Positions 26,593 through 36,945 of a DNA stretch of 64,000 nucleotides are shown piece after piece. Location: positions 434,001 to 498,000 of the forward strand of contig NW_026515689.1 in the NCBI RefSeq assembly GCF_025526975.1, written 5' to 3'. Positions within the stretch are counted from its first letter, which is position 1; every line of letters starts with the position of its first letter. A program made the position numbers and the translations under genes. The stretch is from Fimicolochytrium jonesii. Lineage: Eukaryota. Below the pieces are notes generated by a model that worked only from the letters and a program-made list of their open reading frames with translations, made no database searches and was not told the origin of the DNA.

Positions 26593-26767
26593 CAGTCCAC
26601 GCAGCCTGACCGCTGGTACAGTCAGACACAACAAAGCTGGTTACCCACGCAAGCGAAAACGTCACGAGGAGCCTGACAGACCGGGCGACCCATACCCACA
26701 ACACCAACGACGCTGCTTAGCCGTCTCGTCGCATACCTCGATACCTCCCCTCCTTCCCTCAAGAAGA

Positions 26768-27787
26768 ATGATTCCCTCAATCCCACCGCTCACCCTCAAT
26801 GCCGCCGACCTCCTCGACTACGACTCGGATAAATCATTTACAAACTCCGACAACGACGACGACGACGGTGACATTATCGAGCTTGCGCCTCTGGCTCCCA
26901 GCACCACTGCCACTACAGGGACGTCCAAACCCTCAAATGGAACTCGTACACAGACAGAGGAGGTTGAAGGGAATGTGATTGAGCTTGGGCACTTGTCTGT
27001 TGTGTCGGCTGGGCAGAACGGGGTGAAGGAGGATAAGGGATCAGACGACGACGACGACGACGACGAGGAGGAGGAGGAAGGGGATGTGATTGACCTGACC
27101 CCGGCAGCACCCCCTACCGTGTCGGTGTCGGTGTCGGTCCCATCTGCATTGCCATCACCAGCACAAGCACAGCAACAACCACCACCAGCACCACGAACTA
27201 CCCAATTCTCCGGGACCTCCACCCTCTCGCCCTCCTCAGCCTACCTATCCCGCCCGCCATCCGCCACCCAACAACTGCCGGACCCGAGTGTTTTCAAAAC
27301 TCCCCTGCCCATATCCCGCCCCGCCTCCGCACAATCCGACTCCCACCTGAACGCCTTCCCCATGCTTGGCGGCCCCCAACGCGCCTCCTCCCCCTCCACC
27401 CCCCGGAAAAAAGTCCCTCTAGCCCCCGGCCACTCCCCCCTCGACTGGGCCCGCCTCCTCTTCAGCGGCCGGGACCTCCGCGGCGGGGTCAAGCAGCTCG
27501 CACGGTTCACACCCTCCGAAGTTGCGCAACACCGCTCGCGAGATGATTGCTGGATGGCTGTGCAGGGGAATGTGTATAATGTTACGCATTATATCAAGTT
27601 TCATCCGGGAGGCGCTGGGCAGCTTTTGAGGGGCGCGGGGAAGGATGCGACGGAGCTGTTTATGAAGGTGCATCCGTGGGTTAATGTGGATGGGCTGTTG
27701 GGGAAGTGTCAAGTGGGGTATCTGGTTAAGGAGAGGGAGGGGGAGGTGCAGGAGGGGAAGGAGGGGAAGGATTCGTTGGGGGTGTGA
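26768..27787 (+). CDS. Cytochrome b5-like heme/steroid-binding protein (Irc21/CYB5R4 N-terminal type) with acidic, Pro-rich N-terminus
   Basis: RKKVPLAPGHSPLDWARL followed by a b5 fold: DCWMAVQGNVYNVT, HPGG, GKDATELF, HPWVN. Start placed at the ATG giving MIPSIPP. Confidence 0.88.
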   Translation: MIPSIPPLTLNAADLLDYDSDKSFTNSDNDDDDGDIIELAPLAPSTTATTGTSKPSNGTRTQTEEVEGNVIELGHLSVVSAGQNGVKEDKGSDDDDDDDEEEEEGDVIDLTPAAPPTVSVSVSVPSALPSPAQAQQQPPPAPRTTQFSGTSTLSPSSAYLSRPPSATQQLPDPSVFKTPLPISRPASAQSDSHLNAFPMLGGPQRASSPSTPRKKVPLAPGHSPLDWARLLFSGRDLRGGVKQLARFTPSEVAQHRSRDDCWMAVQGNVYNVTHYIKFHPGGAGQLLRGAGKDATELFMKVHPWVNVDGLLGKCQVGYLVKEREGEVQEGKEGKDSLGV

Positions 27788-28920
27788 TTTGGAGGTTGAG
27801 CTTTCTGGACAATGAGGATTCGGCGTGGGACAATTGATGCAGGGATCAGTGAACGCAACTGCACAACGATATCGATATCGACATGAGTCGGTCCTTTCTA
27901 ACAACTCAACTGCACCACATCTGGCTCCGCGAAAGCAAGCTGGACCTGGATGCGCCGGACACACTCTTCTAGGCTTCTCACCCATCGTCTCCCCAACGAC
28001 CGCCCAGCGCCCTGAACTGGAGTCCGACGGACCAGCTACTTCATTCGGCGGGATCATATAGGAGCCGGAGCAGTGGTGGAACGTGGACTGGGACTGAGAT
28101 GCGACACTGGAAATGAGGGTGTTAGGACGGCGGGGTGGCGAACGCAAAGGAGTATCGACATCGTCGGCCAACCAACCTCGAAGGAGTCCTGCGCCTACGA
28201 CGCGGGTTTTCATGTCGCTGGTGCGGTGGTGGCAGTCCCTCAACCGACGGTGGATGTGGGGTCGTTGTTGCTCACCCTGCCTGCGGATTGAGGGAGATCG
28301 AATCACTTCCTTCCGAGATGACCATGTCAAAGATCCAGCCGATCAGCTGGCTGCGGGTAAAGGGGGCGACTTTTGAAATTTTGAATAGGGGCCCTCGACC
28401 AGCGTGGAGGACGTTAATGCGATGTCGGGCCATTGGTTGGGTAGACGATAGATGATAAATAGAGTGTGGGCAGGTTGGAATTGCTGCTGCTGCTTGCATG
28501 TATGCTCCCATAATACATACAATGCTCTCATCATACTGTACATTGATTTGAAAAAGCATAATTGGGTGTGAAGCCAGTCTGTCGCCAGTCGTCGGGGGAA
28601 GATGTCTGTTTGTTAATAGTTGGGCCCCTCCCACGCGTCTGTGCCCCTCCCGCAGTCATTCTTAGGATAGAATTTGGCCCTCATCATTTATTGGCCTCCT
28701 TGATCGTGGCGGCGGGCTGCTGCTGGCACTCACTCCAACACAACACACACCGTCTCCGGCTTGCACAGTAGAACCAACTTCGCTCTCCCACCCGGGACGG
28801 AGAAGCAACTCACGCACATCCTCCTGTGCTTAGTACTTACACTGATCTACGAATACGTTCTTGCAACCAACTGGGCACTCTGCTGCGGAGCCTCTCTGGA
28901 ACTCCTCATCGCAATAGACG

Positions 28921-31900
28921 ATGTTGTCCGCGACCATGCAGCCAGGAGATGAAGATTTGTTGAGGACACGGAAGAGTGGTTCTTCCCTCGGTGCAACCGC
29001 GAAACTGCAGCAACTGCAGCAACAAACGCAACGGATGCAGCATCACCAACAGCAGCAGCAGCAAAACGCGGTCCACTCGCCCATTCACCACGGTGGTTAT
29101 GATGCCAGGAACTATGAGCAGCAGCCACCGCGGACTCCAACAGCTTACAACCCACGAAGCTCTATGGAGGGCGACTCGTTACTTCCCGCCGGTTCTCGCT
29201 CACTGACGGAGAACCACCTGACTGCTGCCGCTTCGTGGAGGGTGGGAGCCGCGACGCACAACAACGCTGACGAGGCAAAAATAGCCCTCAACTTGCCGCA
29301 AGACGAGGATGAGGATTATAATAACTCAAAGGAGCTGCGGCCGAGACGCGAGTGGCAGAACTTGCCCAGGAAAGGTGCCAGCATGGGTGTAATGGTGACG
29401 TTGACGCTCATTGGCGTTTTGGTACGCCTGTTTCGCCTTTCCAATCCTAGTCAGGTATGTCGCGGCCGCAAAGCGAGCGGGAGCGGGCGTGGGTGTTGTA
29501 CTGCAACGAGCGAAGGGAGATGGTCGCGAGCGAAGCGAAGGGGGTTGGTTCGGGCTGGGAGACCGGTAGGGCGACCAGAGCGAGCACAGCACACATTGCG
29601 CTAAAGGCGCAATGCTTCCCCCTGACCGCGTTTCTTCGCAAGCCTCAGCGAGCACCACATTGCGCCAAAGGCGCAATACTCCCTCACCCACGTGTTTGTC
29701 AACTGATGGTTGATGGTCAACGTTCGATGTTTGATGGTGGATGTTCGATTGTTGGTGGTTGATGTTTGGATGGTGAAGCTCGCAATCCTTTCTCACCCAC
29801 GATTTACTCACCACAGGTCGTATTCGACGAAGTCCATTTCGGAGGGTTCGCGAGCAAATACATCAGCGGAAAGTTCTTCATGGACGTCCACCCACCACTG
29901 GGCAAGCTGTTGATTGCTGCGAGTGGAGTCATGGCTGGCTTCGATGGCTCCTTTGATTTCAAGGAGATCGGCATGGACTACATCGCACCGAGAGTGCCGT
30001 ACGTCTCGATGCGATTACTTCCGGGGATTATGGGAGTTCTTATGGTTCCCGTACGTATCCCTTGCGCATTACCGCTTTTGGGGAAGTGTGAGATTCGGTC
30101 TTTTGCTTCGGACTCACGGATGTGCACTTTCTAGATGGCATATGCAACAATGCGCAACTTATCCGTATCTCACCCTATCGCGGTTATGACTGCGCTACTG
30201 GTGGTGTTCGAGAACGCGCTGACTTGCCAGTCGCGGTTGATTCTGCTGGACTCTATCCTGTTGTTCTTCACCGCTTGGGCGGTGCAAGCTTGGACCGACT
30301 TCCAGGCGTGTCGGGAGAGGTGAGAAGCATTGTGGGAATGAGTGCGAAAACATATCATATGCTAACTAGCCATGTCGATCAGTCCGTTCAGTCTGAGATG
30401 GTGGACATCACTGTTCTTAACCGGGCTAGGGATAGGTCTTGCGGCGAGGTAAGAGATATTCTTGATCTCCAAGCAAGTTGACAGATGAATTGATTGCATC
30501 GTCCATTCCAGTGTCAAGTGGGTCGGTATGTAAAACGGAGTTCTTCTATCCGACACTTGCTCGCGTGAGTTGACACCACTCTGTCCATCAGGTCTGTTCG
30601 TGATTGCATGGGTTGGCTTTTCCACCGTCTACTATCTCTGGGAGCTACTAGCTGACCTGACCGTGACCCCCGTAAGTGAGACTGTTGCAATCACGCCTCA
30701 ACCTACACTTGGTAACACTGGTCGCCTCATCCATATCCAGACGCAATACGCAAAGCGCTTCTCAGCTCTCGCTCTATGCCTAATAGCCGTCCCCATCGCC
30801 GTCTACCTCCTCATCTTCCAACTCCACTTCCTCGCCCTCCCCAACACCGGCTCCGGCGCGGGCTTCATGTCCCCCGAATTCCAATCCACCCTCCGCGGCA
30901 CCGAAATCAAAGAAACCTACGAGGAAATCGGGCTCGGCGCCACGGTGCTTATCAGACACGAAGGCACGTCGGGGGGTTACATCCACTCCCACCCGGCAAA
31001 GTATCCCACCGGATCGAAACAGCAGCAGGTTACGCTGTACCCTTATGGAGACGAGAATAGTTGGTTCAAGGTGGAACCTGCGTTGGAATATGATAATGGG
31101 ACGGCGTTTGCGCCGGATGTCAAGACGTTTGAGAGGGTTAAGCATGGGGACAGCGTGAGGTTGTTGCATGTTAAGACGGGGATGAGGATGCATAGTCATG
31201 ATCATCGGTATGTGTGTCTGTCTCCGCTACCGTGTCAGAAAACGGATACTGATGTCTTTTGGTTGTTAAAAGCCCGCCCGTCACGGACACTGAAGGACAG
31301 CAAGAAGTCTCCGCATATGGCGCTGTGGGGTTCATTGGGGACTCCAACGACCACTGGCGGGTGGAAGTTCTCGGGGCTGAAAAGATGGAGCAGCCAGTGT
31401 ATCTTAAAGCCCTTACCCATAAGTTTAGGCTTATTCACGTCAACACCGGATGTGCGCTGTTTTCACACAAGGTCAAACTTCCAGAGTGGGGTATGTGATA
31501 CTTGCCTCCACGTCATGGGTGTTCGAACGCTCGTCTCACTGTATCATGATACCGATAGCATACGGCCAACAAGAAGTAACATGCGCCAAAAACGGCAAAA
31601 AGTCCTTCACAACCTGGCGCATCGAATCCAACACCAACGACCTGCAACCCCCCACCTCCCTCAAAACGCGGTACCAAGCCCCCGGCTTCTTCGCCAAATT
31701 CGTCGAAGCCCACCGCATGATGTGGAAGATCAATTCCGGTCTGGACGCGTCGCACCCGTTCCAGTCGAGGCCAGATTCGTGGCCGGGGATGAAGAGGGGG
31801 ATCAGTTTTTGGACGGCGAAGGATGGGGGGAGTGCGCAGATGCATTTGGTGGGGAATCCGGTTGTGTGGTCGCTTGCGGGTGCGGCGCTGGTGGGGTTTT

Positions 31901-32630
31901 TGGTGTTGCAGGCGGTGGAGGTTGTTTCGGAGAAGAGGCAGTGGAGGAGGTTTGCTGGTATGTGTGGAGTTCCATAAGCTTTCCTGATACGCTGCTGATA
32001 AACGAGTATCCCCACTCACACACTTCGCATTTTTCAGACTTCATTTCAGAAGCCACAGGCCCAGGAACAGCCCTCATCTTCACAGGCTGGCTTCTCCACT
32101 ACCTCCCCTTCTTCCTCATGACCCGCCAGCTCTTCCTCCACCACTACCTCCCCTCCCTCTACTTTTCCATCCTCCTCTTCGGCACCTTCACCGAGGGCCT
32201 CACAACCGCCTTCTCCACCCTCCTCGCCTCCCGCTGGAATGCCCTCGTCACCACCTGGCCCGGTCAATACCGCCTTCCCCTCTGGTTCCGCAACTGGGCT
32301 CGTGGCCAACAATCCCTCCCACCGAAAACACCGACACATAAGATCCGGAAACGCACCGCTAGCGAGGAGGGACTGCATCACCGCCCGTACGAGCCTGTCC
32401 CTGTACAGCAACCGCCGGTCATCACCCCACCAACGGAACTGAGCGCGCGCATCGCGTCGGACCCGCGGGTGCTCGCCCTTAAATGCGTCGTGGCCCTGGC
32501 GGTGGTGGTTGTCACAATCGCCGTGTTTGTGGCGTTTAGTCCCCTGACGTATGGGCTGCCGATGTCGAAGGAGAGGTGTGAGGGGTTGAAGTGGAGGACG
32601 GAGTGGAATTGGGGGTGTAAGGATGTTTGA
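28921..32630 (+). CDS. PMT1: Dolichyl-phosphate-mannose:protein O-mannosyltransferase, PMT1 subfamily, multi-exon; 362-nt first intron 29455-29816
   Basis: VVFDEVHFGGFASKY...FFMDVHPPLGKL (PMT1-type DE motif), QSRLILLDS, MIR domains (HSHPAKYPTGSKQQQVT; QQEVSAYG), GNPVVW, RQLFLHHYLPSLYF. Confidence 0.93.
29592..29653 (+). repeat. Shared intronic element, copy B (PMT1 intron 1)
   Basis: CACATTGCGCTAAAGGCGCAATGCTTCCCCCTGACCGCGTTTCTTCGCAAGCCTCAGCGAGC, with 8-bp stem CATTGCGC/GCGCAATG and loop TAAAG. Confidence 0.9.
29656..29692 (+). repeat. Shared intronic element, partial tandem copy C
   Basis: CACATTGCGCCAAAGGCGCAATACTCCCTCACCCACG immediately follows copy B; hairpin retained. Confidence 0.85.
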
Positions 32631-33252
32631 GAAGCCGGAAACAGATTTTTGATTATCAGAGAGGAGATACGTACTCGATGTATTCTTATTTTTTTTCTTT
32701 GGCTTTGTTTATGACCTTTCTCTTCCTGCTCGGTGGGGATCTGTTTTTTGCTTTTGGTTGTCGTTTGACTCGGAGACGTCTACTATATATGTGTAATATA
32801 TACGCCTCGTCTGAAGGTCCGACCGTCCGCGCCGCACATGGAGAATTGCAATTTGCACAAGATGTCCGACGGTCGGAGTCCATGATTGCATACAACTTTT
32901 CCCACGTCAACATGTTCTTTATGACCAAGGTACTAACAGGAACGTCCACCATTCCACGATTCCATCGTGCATAAGCCACAACGCAGAACAAATTCTCGAA
33001 GGTTAACTCGCACATGTACGACGAGATGCGGTTGACCTGCATGAACTTCGAACAACCTTTGTTGATGTTCGATGTGAGGCTTCCCAGGGAGGCTTCCAGG
33101 ATCTACTGTACGGAGGCTCGCTTTTCGAATTCGGCATTTTTGGGTGGGCAAGTGGCACGTATAAATAGAGCCTCTGTGAGGATTGCGTTGAGAAAGTTCC
33201 ATGGTGGATTGGCAGTTCGGACCATCTCTCCGATCCCAGGACATTTCTCACG

Positions 33253-36200
33253 ATGGTTGGCGAGCTCCACGTCCCGGTGGTGGACACCAAGGCGCTAGTC
33301 AGCAGCATTTCGCAGAAGAAGACTACGGTTGCTATTGAGGCTGTCGGTGAGTGTGAATTCAAATGGCAAACATGCGCAAATGGTCAAACAGGGAGAAGTC
33401 ATCTTGACATCATCTTGCCATCGCAGAGGATGCGATGATAGCAACGGTCACCCAAGTGAACACCGCTGTGAAGACCACGAGCGACATGGCATCGCAAGTG
33501 CTCAAGGACCCGATGTTTGGCGCTGGCGGTGAGCTATCTGGGCTCACCGCCGAGGCTGTTACAAAGGTAAGGAAGGCCCTTGCATCTGCAGCCACGTCAA
33601 GAAACGCGTCAAACACTGAGAATTTTTGTCCTCGATGTTTCAACATTCCCATAGCTGGCGCCGTCGCTCAAAGTAGTGCAGCAAGTGACTTCCGCATTAA
33701 CTGCTGTGGCGTCTACCCATCCTGTCATCGGTAAGTGGGGCATAGGCGATCCATCGCTCATCGAACGTGAAAATGTAAAACAATCTTGACTCAATTAGGC
33801 ATCGTTGTGTCTTGCCTCACGGTAAGGTTCCACCTGGGATTCTGCAAGCCTTTCTTTGCATTCCCAACTAACCGTCTCCTCTTTCTCTAGGCTTTGTTCA
33901 AATTGGAACTGCAAAGACGGCAGAACAATGCGAAGGCGATTACCTTGTGTAATCAAGTCGCGGACACCGTTTCCATCCTCAAGGACCTGAAGAAGGTTGA
34001 GGACGAGAGTGGTTTGAAGAAAGTCTTGCAGATTATCGCAGATCACATCAAGCAATGCGAAGAATTTTTGACTGTACGTGTTTGCATGTGGTGTAGTGAC
34101 ATCTGCCTTTGGCTGACTTCTTCTCTCCCGTTTAGCTTTACACCACCAAAGGGACCATGCGTAAGAAGACTTCGCTGTTTCGTGCTTATGTGCAACTCTG
34201 ACGTCAGCGTGTTTCTCAGTCCGCATTCTCAAGTCTATGTCATACAATGACAAGATGAAGAGTCTGGCGGTGACGTTCGACAACGACAAGAAGCTGCTAT
34301 CGGAGACATTGGGCCGTGTTGCGGTGCTTGGGATTGACGAAGGTATGCAGGACCTCGGAAATAGATTCAGGATTTCCTTCTGACATTAACCTCCCGATGA
34401 TCAAAGCCAATAAGAAGCTCGACAGCCAAGACCAGAAGCTGGACGATATCCTCGCCATTCTGGGGAAGCGGTCCCCAGAAGAGATTGCAGCAAACAAGTT
34501 CGCGGAACGTCACGAAGTGAAGTTGACGGACGTTGCTGAGTCCGAAAATCTGCTGAGAAGGCTCGCGGTCGAGATGAATGACAACACTACAAACATCCGA
34601 CAACTCCGAAGCGAGCTGGGCGCATCGGTAGACGAGCTCCTGGAGAGAAACCGCGCGGACTTCATGACCGCGTTCGATTCGCAAACACAGCTCATCACTG
34701 AAGGGATCGATAAGATCCTTACGGCCGTCGAGGCGGGACCTTGGCAGAAAATTGAACACACCGACATGCAGGCTCTCTGGCGCCAGGAGCGTTGGAAAGG
34801 AAGCGTGCCTCGCCATGTGTTCATGGAGGCCCTGAGCGGATTCTATGAGGATTTCTTCACTCGATACCCAACCGCCGCTGGTGCGATCTGCGCAAGATGG
34901 ATTACCTCTCAGCACTGGGCAGCGATGGCGGAATGTGTTGATGTTGATGAAAGTGGTTACATCGGTATCAAAGAATTGAACCTCTTCACTTCCGCCCTCC
35001 CTTCCGGCTGGACGCTTCCATCGTGGTTCGCTTACGCAGGCGTTGGAGATAAGATCAGGATTCTGCAGTAAGTACGTCTTTGATAAGCACATAGGAACAC
35101 AATCTGATCCACGTAATCAGTGATTTTCAGATGGCCGAACAGCTCATGAACAAACTGGATGAACACGCGAAGAAAGGAGGAATAAATGCCGGAAACCTGG
35201 AACGATTCGTCAAGAAGATCGACAAGAACCTCTGGGCGGTTGGGAGGCTTTGGTGCTGGAGCTTGGGGAAGGAGTTCGTGTTACCGGACGAGAAGGAGGG
35301 GTGGGAAGACTCGTCTAGCAGTTCCGAGGATGGGACGCTGAACGAAGGGGAAGGCGGTGACGCTGACGCTGACGCTGATTCAGACGAGTATTCTGACGAC
35401 GATTTGGACAATATGGAGCCCCAAGAAGCAGAAGAAGACGATATTTGTCTCAAGGATCAGGTGCTCGCGGGGCGGATAGTGGAATTCATGCGGTCGCGCG
35501 ACGGTAAACTAAAGAGGTTCCTGGAGGCACATGGATGGGCAATTACTTCCGAACAGTATCTGGCTGTACGCGGAAACGACCCCGTAGACACGCATTATGG
35601 GGTAAGCTACCGCTTTTGTTCTCCACATCATTTGGTAATCCAGCTAAGCCCTTCGGTGATTCATCATGTCAGAGCTTGAATGCTATCATCAAGTAAGTCG
35701 TGCCCGCCAGTGATGCGTTGACGTTTATGCTTACTGTGCTGCAGGATCGTTGTTCAGCAGCTCCATGACGAAGTCACCGCCGAACCAGAACGTCTGATTC
35801 CCACGTCGCACTTCCTCGCCATGCGGAAGACCTTGAAAACAGTTTTCGGACAATATCGAACCCAGGCAGGCCTTATCTATCACCAGTGGTAGGAGATTGA
35901 CGTCGTCATATCAATGATTCGGATGACTCGATGCTCACCTGGTGGTGCATATGCATGCAGGTGTAATCAACGCAAGGACCCGCTGTTTGAAGTGCGATTT
36001 TACTGCAACGGACTGTTTAGAGAGTGGATCAGCCGATGTCACCGAGAGAACGCCATTTATGTCGGCCCCGACAACGAGGAGGAAACAAACGAAGAGGAAA
36101 CGAACGAGGAGGACGCTGCGGCTCCTGAGCAAGTGAAAAACACTGCCGGAGCCAAAATGGACCAAGCAGCTGCCGCTTCTGTCAAGAAACAGGTCACTGT

Positions 36201-36710
36201 CGTGGCTCCAGGTGATCCGCAAGTTACAACACCGCAAAATCTGGAGGCCTCTGGAAGCGTTTTGAGGGTACGTATTGTATGCCACTGTGTCTGGAAAACT
36301 GCCATCTGACGTGTGGTTTCCAATTGCACACATCTAGACGAAAGCATCGGGAATCCACTTGAACGCCGAAGGCATGACGGACTATATCCCCGGATACACC
36401 CTGAAGGTTGGTGCCCTCAGCATTATGAAATCGGACGATTGCTTCTCGGAAAAGCCCAGAAATGTTGATCACGCGTTCCGTGCTTCTCTCATTGCAGCCG
36501 AAAGCCTCTGTTGCGCGAATCCGAGACGTCGAACGTCTTCAAAGCGAAACGCACCAACTCTCGACTCGCCTCGAGCGAATTGAGCACTTGCTGCATGATA
36601 TTGCACAGGACTGGCGAAAGGTCCCCCAGCAAGAACAGGCGCGAGACCTACCCGCCATCGTCCGAAAACATAGCGTGAAGAAGAACAAGGGGTTCAAATG
36701 GTTCAAATGA
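33253..36710 (+). CDS. Uncharacterised ~14-exon protein: N-terminal helical bundle (possibly MLKL-NTD-like), EF-hand, C-terminal coiled coil and polybasic tail
   Basis: Traced GT-AG splicing gives an intact frame: STHPVIGIVVSCLTALFKLELQRRQNNAK...GPWQKIEHTDMQALWRQERWKGSV...DVDESGYIGIKE...LPSGWTLPSWFAY...RLERIEHLL...KKNKGFKWFK. EF-hand loop at 34940-34975. Confidence 0.75.
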
Positions 36711-36945
36711 TAATTCCGTCTGCATGTAGCTGCTGACCTGTCATGTAGATATAGAGTGGAAGAGTCGATCGGCGTATGAACTTGAAGGAAGTGTCTGGAC
36801 ATTTTTTTTTGTTCTCCAAAAACTCTTTCAATATACCCTTTTTACATCTGTTTTGTAGAGCGTTGCCATAAAGCGTTTCTGATGCTCGCTCGCTCTGTGA
36901 TGCCACGGACAGAGCAGGGGTGTAGATGTTTTCAACTTTATTCTG

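Noticed and set aside
26213..26767. 5' extension of the 524-aa ORF upstream of the cytochrome b5 gene
   Set aside because: Overlaps RTR1 antisense and the TACAGTA-containing promoter; ATG 26768 is the more plausible start.
27788..28920. Several overlapping ORFs in the b5/PMT1 intergenic region
   Set aside because: No recognisable domain, transposase motif or terminal repeat.
35961..36030. CNQRKDPLFEVRFYC as a possible ZZ zinc finger
   Set aside because: No CxxC pairs; spacing does not fit a ZZ finger.
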